From: Pseudovirgaria hyperparasitica
Lineage: Eukaryota
Strand: one strand, 5' to 3'
Length of the DNA: 64,000 nt
Assembly (NCBI GenBank): GCA_010093815.1
Contig: ML996574.1
Shown here one piece after another: positions 50,001 to 60,663 of this stretch. How positions within the stretch are numbered: position 1 is the stretch's first letter; every line of letters starts with the position of its first letter. Below the pieces are notes generated by a model. That model was not told where the DNA came from. It made no database searches and was given only the letters and a program-made list of their open reading frames with translations. The position numbers and the translations under genes are program-made.

Positions 50001-50462
50001 GCGCCTATTCCCATTCGCCGGCGATTTCGAGACTTTATCATGAGGTTTCGCATGCAATATGACCGGTGCATCATCAATGTGTTCGAGAATAGGTCGATCA
50101 GCTTGCTGATTTGATCTATGTAGAGGTTTGCGGATTCTTTCGGGATCTGAGTTTCGGAGGTCTTGTCTTTCACTATCAGGCTCTTCCTCGACCGCAAGCA
50201 CCGGAGCCGAAAATCTAGAATATCGGCCTCTTCCATTATGATATTTCATATAATTCTCAAATATATCGTCGGAGTACCCTTGCGAGTCGGTAGTGTTGCT
50301 TGCTTGCTGCACTGTGTCATCTGCCAGAGGCCAGCGATCGTGTGAATTTGAAAGAGGCGGAAGGGTGCTGTGAAGCTTTCGTGTCGCAATTGTCACTCGA
50401 GATATGCGCCAGTGTCGCCAGAGGCGAGCGTGACAGCTCTTGCAGACATGCGAGCTGTACAT
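47079..50462 (-). CDS. Mitochondrial pentatricopeptide-repeat protein (Cya5/Pet309-like)
   Basis: Presequence-like MYSSHVCKSCHARLWRHWR; PPR motifs such as WNTMQKQGTKPTEWVWQAVL and TYNPMIRMAFRKGDAVKGYELIDEMQSKGIEPDQATYALLV. Confidence 0.85.
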   Translation of the reverse strand: MYSSHVCKSCHARLWRHWRISRVTIATRKLHSTLPPLSNSHDRWPLADDTVQQASNTTDSQGYSDDIFENYMKYHNGRGRYSRFSAPVLAVEEEPDSERQDLRNSDPERIRKPLHRSNQQADRPILEHIDDAPVILHAKPHDKVSKSPANGNRREIAGVVPLKNGLAGKHIVKPLQPPTWKRPALGVGYEAQEVAHMPTEQAEPKEMRYGSLLRSTKDPQVSYDQTHHPVFERSEVQNDNVDNSEYKKPYGNASQRSERDNITQSTSNTQARSRHGDLLSRDEMTNIVPARPPVITHTSGDTQRPAARPKVTASSVHGRDNRDVGPIAIFSNLPVAQIARRWAYFNENFTSRDCPAFKTPTYNDMKHLAKMSPFAYLLIDITKAWCSGKRAGVPRPVDALERMLTIGVFDGDRIWSELLDQTTKHLLQISCSDKPKDSASLLAVVDLWKAFCFHHRSSDSSPAPAPNDWAFLPPRQPNITLRAPKFSQLMKQSLPLVVMGYHSFEKLCGAALLTNCLLIHEQSTFNISETQRAEYWPFVKFISSMICDSYTHHMWAQLEMSSTVLQQNRLAVEKWQPRIRNIKQDAHFVVAEYTNYVTRRQPKKFITSHVSDGASQVEMISARLESRIGRAMEAQDLPHVQKLWSRVQAELDNTTGQSNTTIPVDTIVQFLKAFMKLKDMSNTIRVWNTMQKQGTKPTEWVWQAVLSGCNDLRDPEALDIFWQKMLDSGFQPTSRIWVTRIHSIMMLRDVSDGLQLIQDIGNSWTASCERLKAYEAQRQRSKPTKNLGPPPTLTVRPNIEMINAALKAISDKNRSWELVERLLEWAKAFGLEVTAWTYNPMIRMAFRKGDAVKGYELIDEMQSKGIEPDQATYALLVNAMFRVSLFEDSQPEVFVQKNIEDLLDDLKEKKALNKYTFTALVDGLIRHNQMRAVEIVLRVLVKSEQWIPATIFTALARHYFDQEHPDIFKLDALWNRANSRYAYIDNIFMDRMIEGWARLDEIGKMREVLSRMVRTGQQPGWRALHNMINAHARQGDYSAVAQIVHDVDNKLTPPTSHREDRQFQNQFWHFVSKLQEAKLLDVSDVLATQRRHWNSQTTNPHFDSMSSSDGSSENTPVDALTAVVSNA

Positions 50463-50707
50463 GCCCAGCAGTAGCAGGGACTGGATTGCAATATGCGTGA
50501 GGTCGAGATGTTGAGCATGAGCAGTGTCAGTCTTGTTAAGTCCCGTTGGTCCAAGCTTCAACGTCATCTGGTCCATCGGCCGGCCGAGGCTGCAGTTCGA
50601 CTGTAGAGTGTCCTAAAAATATTAATTGCGACTCCTCTCGAAGCTGACAACGCATCAATTCTGGTTAATATATATGACAGAAATCCGACCATTCGTCTAT
50701 TACCGAT

Positions 50708-52473
50708 ATGACCACTCTACAGCCCCGGCAGCCGTACAGCACTGAAGAGCTCAAGCACCTCTATCCACAAGACCTCCAGCTACAGCTTGTCCAAGTCGTA
50801 TGAACTTCGCAATCATTTCCTTCACAGCTATCACTGATCATAAGCCTGTAGCTTCTACGACATGGTCAGCTCACCAGTCTCATCTGCTTAGGAATAGATT
50901 GACATGGTACAGGCGAACGAACTCCCGTGTCCCCACGCTTTCAGCACGTACGTTTGTTCACACTGTACAAAGTAATTACCAAAGCTCATGTACCTATATG
51001 TAGACCGGTCTACCAGTGTACTGGCCATACTGTCGGGCTGCCAAACAGCTTACGAGCACAGTCATGGCTACCACAGACTGGAAAGACTTCGATTTGCTAA
51101 AGTATAGACGACGATTGGAGACCTTTGGGACAGATGACAGCCCAATCGTGGCCGTTGGACCAAAAGGAGAGCTGGACGCAGTATGGTACGTCTCCGGTGC
51201 AGACTATGATAGATTCTGCAAGCAAATCTGACGAGCATGTAGTCAACCCGGTGAATTGACCGACAAAGGTCGGGAAACCACGCTCGCGCTCGGCAAACGA
51301 CTCCGTTCTCTCTACGTGGATCAACTAAATTTCATGCCTAAGCTGATAGCAGACTCCGACATGATCTATCTTCGTGCTACCCCTATTCCTAGAGCCCTCG
51401 AATCGGTTCAGCAAGCCTTTTGGGGCATGTATCCGCCATCCGCACGCACCGCTGACTTCCCACCCCCTACGATCCTCACGCGCACGCCCTCCGAGGAGAC
51501 CCTATTCCCCAACGAAGGAAGCTGCAGACGCTTCGCCCAACTGAGCCGCGCCTTTGCCCAACGCACCGCCGAACGCTGGAACGACAGTGATGACATGGCA
51601 TACCTCAACAAAGTCATCGGCAAACACATGCCCGCCGCCTCACCCAGAGTCGCCGTCGACTCCCACCCACGCCTATCCGGCATCATGGACACGCTCAACG
51701 CAACTCTCGCCCACGGCTCAGACACCCGTTTACCTTCTGAATTCTACGACCCAAAGGCCCGCGCCATCATCGACAAAATCGCCGTCGAGGAATGGTACTC
51801 GGGATACAAGGAATCGGCAGAATATCGAACCGTCGGCATCGGCGCGCTAGCAGGCGACATCGTAGCCCGCATGGTCGGATCCGTCGAGACGGTGGCGGCG
51901 ACACAGGGCACAGATGTCATTAAGAACGTCCGTGACGCGACAACTGACCCCGGAAACGAGAAGCAGATCAAGCTTGCACTCTCGGGCTGCCACGACACCA
52001 CGCTGGCAGCCCTGCTGACGAGTCTAGGTGCCTTCGACGGCGAGTCCTGGCCGCCGTTCACATCGCACGTCGCAATCGAACTATTCCGCAAGAATACCCC
52101 CACTACACCCACACCCACCTCCTTAACTGCATCATCATCACCACCCTCCAAACCAAACTGGTGGACCACCCTCTTCGGCCCCTCCCCATCCACTACACCC
52201 AGAATCAACCGCACCCCCACATCCACCCTCTCAACTACCCAAAAATCCGCCCTAGATGGCTTCTTCGTGCGCGTGCGCTACAACGACAAGGTCATGCAGG
52301 TGCCGGCGTGTGCGCAGCCGGGCAAGCATTTCGAAGACGATACGACGCTGTGCACGCTCGCGGCATTTAAGGGCGTTGTCGATGCGTTTACGCCGCGGAG
52401 CTGGAAGGGCGCGTGTCGGCAGAATCTGGATAAGGCTGTGTTTCCCGAGGCGGAGGAGCGGGCTGGGTTTTGA
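50708..52473 (+). CDS. Histidine acid phosphatase (branch 2), four introns near the 5' end
   Basis: Spliced LQLVQVLLRHGERTPVSPRF (RHGxRxP), GELTDKG, LRATPIPRALES and catalytic GCHDTT. Confidence 0.88.
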
Positions 52474-52840
52474 GAGTGTTGTGTGGGAAGATGAACGTGA
52501 TGGATGTGATGAAAGAATGAATCAATGGCTGGATGAATGAATGAGGATGCGCGACTCGATTGCATTCTGGATGGGAAAAAATTGAGGAAAAAAGTGGTGA
52601 TAGATGGATATGGGTATCAAGAAGCATACATAGCACATAGCATGCACGCACGTACACCACCAAGACGCATATCATATATACATACATATATACCATAGAT
52701 TTCGGCAACTACGATAGGGCTATACAATAGAACTGAAAGATAGGGTAGAAAAGCTATACATATTCTACCCCTACAATCCGAAGTCTATCAGTCCATCTTT
52801 TCCCGTAATCCTACAATGCCCCAGTTCCTGACTCGTTCTT

Positions 52841-55225
52841 CTAATTTCTATGACTCAGATACCATGCAATATGCGCCACCGGCCACACAATCAACATGCC
52901 CACAATCACCGCTTTGTCCAGATTACTTCGCTCCGGCACACCACCGTCACTCACGCTAGGCGACCCCTTTTGCCCAGCCACCTCCCTCCTAGCCGCGACA
53001 TCCTCATCCGGAATCTTCGTGATCCCGGCCGCACTCGCAGCAGCATCACTCGCACTCGGCATGCCAACGCCGCGATTCTTGCGCTTCAGAATATTCTGCA
53101 GCGTGCGGTCGTCGATTTTATGCTTTGCGTCTCGGTCCCGTTGTGCCTTGACGGCGGTGGCACGGGCCTCGATCTCAGCTTCGCTAATGGCAGGTTCCGC
53201 GGCGTCGGCATTGGCAGCTCGGTGGCTCTCTGCGATCTGCGAGGAAGATGACCGAGCTGGATATGGTGGTGATGATGATGTTGACGGGGGACCGATGGGC
53301 TTGGGCGGCGAGGGTGTACGCTTGCTCCGCACGACCTCGACACCGGCGAAGAGGATCATGATCATGAGGACGGCTGGAAGGACGAGTTTGAGAGAATTGT
53401 CCTCGCTGCGAGATGCAGGGTTGGAAACGACGGAGTTTGGTGGTTGTTGCTTCGCGTCTCCGGCGGGAGGACGATCGGCTAGTGAGATGAACGCTGTTCC
53501 GGGGCCGGTGACGGCGGGGGCGAAGGGATCATGTTTTTCGGTCGTTGGCTGCGGGTGCTCGGGTAAAGGGGTAGTAGGTTTTGAAGGCGAGGTCTGGGAT
53601 GAGAGGTTTGATTGTTCTTGCTGTAGGGCACGCAAGTTTTCGGAATGCCACGTCGGATCGACGAGCATGCCGCTGCGGCCACCTTCTTTAAGGACGACTT
53701 TGACTGATGAGATACTCATGCCTTTGTCTACTGCCTTGCACATGTCGTAAACAGTGCTTACGGCGCCCCACACACCCATCAACGCCTCCATCTCGACACC
53801 TGTGGCACCGGTACATTCAACAGTGGCATGCACATTGATGCAGCCATACATGATCTCTGCATCATCTCCCGGCTGGACGAGGTCAAGGTCGATCACGACG
53901 CTGGTGAGCGGGATCGGGTGGCACAGAGGAATGAATTCGGGCGTCTTTTTGGCGGCAGTGATACCAGCAATACGCGCGATGCTCAGGACATCACCCTTCT
54001 TGATAGCGTTACGCGCAATGAGACTCGCGGGGTCGGGATTGGAGAAAGCAATGCGGCCAATGGCGATGGCGCGGCGGACGGTGTGTGGCTTTTCGGAAAT
54101 GGACACCATCTTTGCGGCGCCGGAGGCGTCAAGATGAGTCAAGGATGGCTCTGAGAGCGAGGAGGACTCAACAGGCGGTGTTGATGAGCGGTTTGGAGTC
54201 GAATGCAGTCGAGCCTTTTGGGTACGCACTGAAATGCCAGAGGAGGCCTGCAGGTCCGCCGGTTTGAAGATATTGGACACTGCAGAGTCAAGACGGCGAG
54301 GCTCTGTCCAGAGGCTTGGACGAAGGCCCTCGGAACGATCAATACTCTGCGTCTTGCATATTCTGCGGAAAGTGTCAGGTGGCAGGCGGAGTGACCCCTC
54401 CGGAACTTCAGGACCAAGGTCACGGAGGAGGAATTTTGGTCTATAATTCCTAGTGCCTTCCTCGGGTCGTTCATCAGACTCGTAAAAGTGCTTGCGGGCG
54501 ATCGCGTTCACAAAATCCTGACCAAATCCCTCCGCATATCTGGGCGACTTGTTCTCCTGCAGTCTCTGACACAATTTGCGATACACGGCAGGACGATGAG
54601 GCATTTTGCTGAACGGGAAAAAATCACTAGTTGTGGTCTCATAGATGTATCCCTCGTCTTCTGCCAGGGTACCAGCAATGACTTGCTCGCGAATTTGCTG
54701 ACGTTGTTCGTCCAAGAATGTGACCGACGGCACTAGTGTATACCACTTCTTCTCTGCATGGTAGTGGATCACTGTAGGGAACATTCGTTGTGGGGTCGTA
54801 GGGAATTGAATCTGTCCATATTTGCCAATGTGCTTGCCATGATTAGATTGCTCGAGGGAGTCTCCAGTATGATCCGCAGTAGGCGTACTCGAGGTCCCTA
54901 TCTCATCAAAAAGGAAAGGGTCGTCGAGGGGTTTGGTCTCTAATTTAGTATTTTGTGCTGGTACGATTTTGGCTTTCTTGCTGAACAGCCAAGACTGAGC
55001 AGGTATCTGCTTAGTCCCAGCAAAGCCTGGGACGACTTGGATTCTCGACTTTCGTTTGCTTTCGGTATGGAGCGAAGCACGATGCATCAGAGTGGGGCCT
55101 TGCGGAATGCCCCCCAACATATGGAAGGGTATATGAGACCATGGCGCAGCTAGTGCGGATGATCGGGCTGACCGACTGGGATGAGAAGTACCTAGCTTGT
55201 TCATGCGGGCTGAGCGATCTGTCAT
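52841..55225 (-). CDS. cnxABC: MOCS1B/MoaC (cPMP synthase) ORF with long N-terminal linker and C-terminal extension; probably expressed as a spliced fusion to MoaA
   Basis: MoaC core at about 53670-54143: LTHLDASGAAKMVSISEK, KKGDVLSIARIAGITAAKKTPEFIPLCHPI, TGVEMEAL, YDMCKAVDK, KEGGRSG. Confidence 0.88.
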   Translation of the reverse strand: MTDRSARMNKLGTSHPSRSARSSALAAPWSHIPFHMLGGIPQGPTLMHRASLHTESKRKSRIQVVPGFAGTKQIPAQSWLFSKKAKIVPAQNTKLETKPLDDPFLFDEIGTSSTPTADHTGDSLEQSNHGKHIGKYGQIQFPTTPQRMFPTVIHYHAEKKWYTLVPSVTFLDEQRQQIREQVIAGTLAEDEGYIYETTTSDFFPFSKMPHRPAVYRKLCQRLQENKSPRYAEGFGQDFVNAIARKHFYESDERPEEGTRNYRPKFLLRDLGPEVPEGSLRLPPDTFRRICKTQSIDRSEGLRPSLWTEPRRLDSAVSNIFKPADLQASSGISVRTQKARLHSTPNRSSTPPVESSSLSEPSLTHLDASGAAKMVSISEKPHTVRRAIAIGRIAFSNPDPASLIARNAIKKGDVLSIARIAGITAAKKTPEFIPLCHPIPLTSVVIDLDLVQPGDDAEIMYGCINVHATVECTGATGVEMEALMGVWGAVSTVYDMCKAVDKGMSISSVKVVLKEGGRSGMLVDPTWHSENLRALQQEQSNLSSQTSPSKPTTPLPEHPQPTTEKHDPFAPAVTGPGTAFISLADRPPAGDAKQQPPNSVVSNPASRSEDNSLKLVLPAVLMIMILFAGVEVVRSKRTPSPPKPIGPPSTSSSPPYPARSSSSQIAESHRAANADAAEPAISEAEIEARATAVKAQRDRDAKHKIDDRTLQNILKRKNRGVGMPSASDAAASAAGITKIPDEDVAARREVAGQKGSPSVSDGGVPERSNLDKAVIVGMLIVWPVAHIAWYLSHRN

Positions 55226-55347
55226 AGGTAATCAGCTTCCGATCACGAGAGGTACTGACGAGGGCAGGAGGGTGTACATTGTGCGTATGGATGTTTGTGT
55301 CATTATGACAATCAAGAAATGCGGCTTTAGGTAGATAAGGAGCCTAA

Positions 55348-56761
55348 TCACCCACCAATAAGTATCATGGGTCGATTCTTCATGTTTTCCAACTCGCCAA
55401 GCTCAGCGTGACCGGCCTTCTTTCGTTTCACAGCGGCTCCAATAACGTTGAGAAGTTCCTGCTCACGCCCACTCCAACCGAGTGCCGTTCCTCTCGGAAG
55501 CAAGCCTTGGTGCCGATCCATTTCGATTTGCTTCAAGGCTTCGAACGAGGCTTCGTCAATCGGTTGGTCTTTATTGCCCTTTCGAAGAAGATCCCGGAGA
55601 GAGACTTCTGTATTTCCAAAGAGGCAGACCTTGAGACTTCCATCGCTGGTGATTCTGAGTCTATTACATGTGCCACAAAAGTTGTGTGTCATGCTCGTGA
55701 TAAAGCCAACCTTTCCCACAAACCCAGGGACCTCGAAGGTTTTACTGGTGTCATTCTTATGATCTTGTACTTTGCGGAGACCTGGATATTTCTCGCGAAT
55801 CATATCAAGCATCTCTTGATACGGGAGCATTTTACCTCGACTCCATTTGTTGCCATCGAATGGCATGTACTCGATGAAACGGACCTCAATGTCTTTCTCA
55901 CGGCCCATCTCTACAAATGGTACGATTTCGCGCTCGTTCAACCCACGCATCACGACACAATTGACCTTTAGCTTTATGCCCGCTCCAAGCTTGTTCATTT
56001 CGAGGATGCGTTCAATACTCTTCATCACAGCATCGAAACCCTTTCGGCGAGTCATGATTTGGAACTGGAATGGGTCGAGAGTATCCAAGCTTAGGTTGAC
56101 ACCAGTCAGACCTGATTCCGCCATGCTATCCAGTTTGCGATGTAAAGATATTCCGTTGGTGGTAATGGCCAATTCTTTCAGACCATTTGGTCGCAAAGAA
56201 CCAATCTGTTGCATTAAAGGAAGTATATCTCGCCGAATAGTAGGTTCGCCGCCGGTCAATCGAATTTTGGTAACACCCTGAGAGACGAAAAGAGAGGATA
56301 GATAATATATTTCCGGGGTGGTGAGAAGATGCGATTGGGGAGACAACGGTACACCCTCTGCATAAGTTAGCATTTTAACATATTCGGGCAAATGGTGATG
56401 GCGACAGACCTTCAGGCATACAATATAGACATCGCAGATTGCAACGTTCTGTGAGACTGATTCGCAAATAGTCGTGTTGTCGATTAAAGGTATCAGTTAA
56501 GAAATCAGAAAAGGGTTTCGCGTTTTTGATCGCGTCTCTTCGACCGCTGGAGGCGACGTTTCGAGCAGACGAACCGCCAGATTCCAAGGGATCAGCTCTA
56601 GAGTCATTGTATGTCTCGGAAGCTGCCGCAGTAGATATGCTCTTGGCCGAGTGTTTGTATCCCCGAAGTACAGAAGTATGTTCTTTGCCACTGCATCGAG
56701 CAATCCGTTGTACGCAGCGCAACGCACCGTGTCTGGGTCTGGACAATATGAGCCGGTCCAT
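55348..56761 (-). CDS. cnxABC: MOCS1A/MoaA GTP 3',8-cyclase (radical SAM); intron 56358-56409
   Basis: [19 protein letters not shown] (CxxxCxxC), [36 protein letters not shown] and C-terminal [12 protein letters not shown]. Confidence 0.95.
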
Positions 56762-58869
56762 GATGGTGAAATGCTCCTATGAAGGCATCTGTGAGATGTT
56801 CGCCATCGCCTGAGTCCAAAGGAGTGACTGAGAAGCTGTTACTATTTGTTGTGGTGACGCATGCTGACTTGCATACTCCCGAGTCCATTACAAAGTGCGG
56901 AGTAGTTGGTTTAGAGAGATCAGCTATCTGTATATGCCTGAATGCCTGAAAAGTCAATAGTTGCTGGAAGACGTGTGGTGCCTGAGGCATGAGTTATGGT
57001 AAACTACCTCCTCCCCTCAGCCAAGTCAGAGCTAGTCACGGAAAATCACGGTATACCAACGGAGTAGAAGATTCCCGTTTGAAAGTACGGGGACTTGTCC
57101 TAGAAATGGAAGCATATACAGTAGTATACCTATGATGTGATGATGTACCGTCTCTTCCGCTCACATCCCATTATAGGTTATACGCGTATCTGGGGTTCTT
57201 AATCTAGCCAGTGCTTACATGCTACTGATACTGCAGCTTGTACAGAAGCTGAAAAAATGCGAATTGCAGAGGTCCCATCGTCGAACCAATCCGAGATATA
57301 GAAACAAAATACGCGGCTTTGCGTATCTGCGTCTCGTGTTCGCCCGACCAGCGGGAAATGCCGAGTACGATTGACACGAGACCACCAAGGGTAATGCCGC
57401 ACTGGTTAACCACTATGGACCAGAAAGTTTCAGGTTTAGCGGTGCATTTCTTAGTAGGCCGGTTCACTGGAAGATTCTGTGACTGTTAGAGTGCTTATTG
57501 CTTTTTAAGGCCGTATGAAGTGGATGGCCGGACAAAAAAGCTGTAATTTGCCGGCCGAAAAGTGGTCTCTAACGGAAAAGCAGTTCCTAGAAGACGAGAT
57601 TAGACGTGCAGGTCAGAGTATGAGTTATTTGGGAAACAGCAAGACATTATAAGAGACACCGGCGATACATCTCATGTGAATACTAAATACTCTTCCTTGG
57701 ACGAGGTCAGGCGGATTCATGTGATGGCCAGGCGCCCAGCTACTTATGTTAGGTAGGGAGTAGATTGGAAGAGTAGGTAACTAAGTAGTACTGTAGGGAT
57801 GACTAAATATAGTAGGCAGGATGAAGCTCGCAACTCAAGACGGATGCGGTTAAAGTCTGGTCGGATATGGTTAAAGTAAGTACGTCCGGATACGGTTAAA
57901 CACCGGGCTGACTGACCCTGGTACCCGCTTCGGACACAAAGTTAAAAGCCGAATACGTCACGTATACGGTTCAGCGGTGGCTTCAACCTTGGCTTGAGCT
58001 TGTGCTTGTTATCATCTGGACATTCGACATAGGCAGCTCACACCAGCATGCAGAGTTACTCATCATAGAGCAACATAGTTAAGCTGTAGCTGTTGGATAT
58101 GAGGCAGATACTTGGAGGCAGTTGGACAGTAAGGGGTTCCGGAGCATACTCCATATCTGTAGTATGTATAAGACGAAAGACCTACTGCCCTGGTGGATGA
58201 TACATAGGTATTAGGCCCCACGGTATCGAAGGGGGAACGTACACGACGGTATATAGTAGCATGGGATGCGCATATTGCATCACATACGCCCAGCAGATGC
58301 GGTGCAGCTGCCGGGCTTTCGGCACCGAGCACGGCCAAGCGGCCAAGCCCTGGTTTTGGTGGCGGCTAGAGCGTCTCTGATTGGCTCGCACATGGCTCGC
58401 ATCGAGACCGAGCCTCGAGGGGCTGTGCATTGAATTTGCATCTCCATCTTCCCCCTAAAACTCTCATGACCCCAGTCAACTGTTCCATTGCCTCCAATTC
58501 CTCCCTCCATTTCTACAAACTTCTGACATCTCTTTCAATTTCCTCTCAACCACTTCTACACCTTTTACAATAATTCCAACAATTGTCCTCGCTGTCTACG
58601 CTCCTGTTTGAGAAGTCTTCGGTGCGTTGGTTTGACACACGGCATTTCCGTCTGTCCCAGCCCAAAACGTACTAGCTCCCTACGTCGAACCAGGTGTACG
58701 CGCGTCTCTTTCAGGCCTGCCGCTCTTCGCTGTCCCATCCTACGAACTCACTCTCCTAAACAAAACACTCCGACTGTCTGCCCAAGGCTTCAATTCACCG
58801 ACACAGCTCCGACTTGGACTTCCATCTCATCTCTGATATCCTGCCTTCCAAGGCAACATCGACTTCCAA

Positions 58870-60663
58870 ATGGCCACTGCTGTTTATCCCATGAGTTCGA
58901 CTCCCTTCAACAACTCAAACTCGTGCGAACCCGACGTCGAAGAATGGTTCAACTTCAGCGACCTGCAATCCTCAAATAACGGCGCCTCATCCTCCCAGAT
59001 GCCCGCATCCTCTGCCCCTTCAGCCTTAACCAGTCCTGCTACCACCATCGCCCCTCTCGATGGCGACGACTTCCAGGCACCTGCGAAACCATCATACGAG
59101 TATGATCGCTTCAAGCAACAGACTGGTCTACCATCTGGCTCGGTCCCAGGACTACAGAATTCCCAATTCCAGGGATTTTCAAACACCGGCCTTGATGACA
59201 TGAGCATGTGGTCGACCGGCCTCGGGGGGCTCGACTCTGACATGAACATGGATACCGAATTAACACACGGCCTGCCTGCTTTCTTCTACCCTAACACAGA
59301 GTCGTCCCACCAAGACGACTTTGTCGATCCATCTACTCTCACTCAACCCGAAGAGCCTGCCAATGTTCGTGTTTGGCCTGGTGTGCATCAACAGCAAGCG
59401 CTTGCCAAAGCACAGGCACAGGCCCAACAGCAACGACAACAGCAAATGCTACAACAACAACAAAAGCAGACCTCCCGACCGCAGCAACAATCCCGCACCG
59501 CGCCATCGAAACGCTCAGCTTCGCACCAACCCACCGATGCTCGCACCGAAGAGACTATCGCCCGTGTAGTCAATCAAATCCGCCAGAATAGTCAAATGTC
59601 TTCCCAGAATGATGATCCTCATGCTCATCTCCCCCACATCATCCGCATGAAGAAGGACGAAGAGGACATGGATGAAGACGAACGCCTCCTTGCCAGTGAA
59701 GAGGGAAAAAAGCTCACCAGCAAGGAGCGTCGTCAACTTCGTAATAAGGTCTCAGCTCGTGCTTTCCGCTCTCGCAGAAAGGGTAAGATCAGAACAACAT
59801 CAATGCATGAACGCAATAGCTAACGATTTGCAGAATATATTGGCCAGCTCGAAGGGGAAGTAAACCAAAAGGCGAACGAGTGCAATGAACTTCGAATCCA
59901 AAACAGGGCTCTCATGGAGGAAAATGCACGATCTCGTGCCTTCATCGAGAACCTTCTTCGTCATCAGGCATTCGCACCATTCCTCGAGGATCTTTCCCGT
60001 GACGAGGCTCTGCAACCTAGGCTCCCCATCCAGCAACAGCAAACTGCTCAGCCGGCCCGTAAAGATGCCAACGCCTACCAGGCTCCTCAGCAATTCGAGT
60101 CTTCTCGTCAGGACGACCTCCAGATCGGCATGGCACTTGTCCCTGAGACGCCGCTCGATCTCAGCATGTTGAGCATTAACAACACCTGGGGTAACCAGAA
60201 TCTCGGCTTCCCATTCCAACAACCTCAAGTTTTTTCCGTGATGGAGGTGCCCGAGGGGCCAATTCTCAACGCTGAGATGCTGTCTGGGAAGGAATATGAA
60301 GCATTCGACGAAACCGAGACCGTCGAGCCTGTTGATGACGTTAAGCAGGATTTCCCTGTCGTCGGAACGACCTATTCCGATTCTACCACCCTAGTTACAG
60401 CTAAACCGGCTGAGACCGAGGAGGAGCGCGCCTTCGACAACAATCCTGAATTCGCCCTATATCATCCTACCTCACCCTCTGCACCTGTCACATCTACTCC
60501 AACCTTTGATAACCTTTCTTTCGAAGGTGTCACCATCGAAAAGTCCTCCCAGTTCGAACTCGTCGTTCCCTCAACCTCGTCCGATCTCGCCATGGAACGG
60601 GTTGAGCGCATTTGCGCGTCCATGGAGCCTGTCTACCAAAGACTACGTGCCATGACGTCATGA
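58870..60663 (+). CDS. bZIP transcription factor; intron 59783-59833
   Basis: Gln-rich region, basic region KERRQLRNKVSARAFRSRRKEYIGQLE and a leucine zipper; canonical GTAAG...GCTAAC...CAG intron. Confidence 0.9.

Noticed and set aside
57137..57228. Possible box C/D snoRNA (TGATGA ... CTGA)
   Set aside because: No terminal stem, and no rRNA-complementary guide that I could recognise.
59783..59833. HAC1/hacA-type unconventional intron in the bZIP gene
   Set aside because: The intron is a canonical GT-AG spliceosomal intron with a branch site, and the basic region does not look like HacA.
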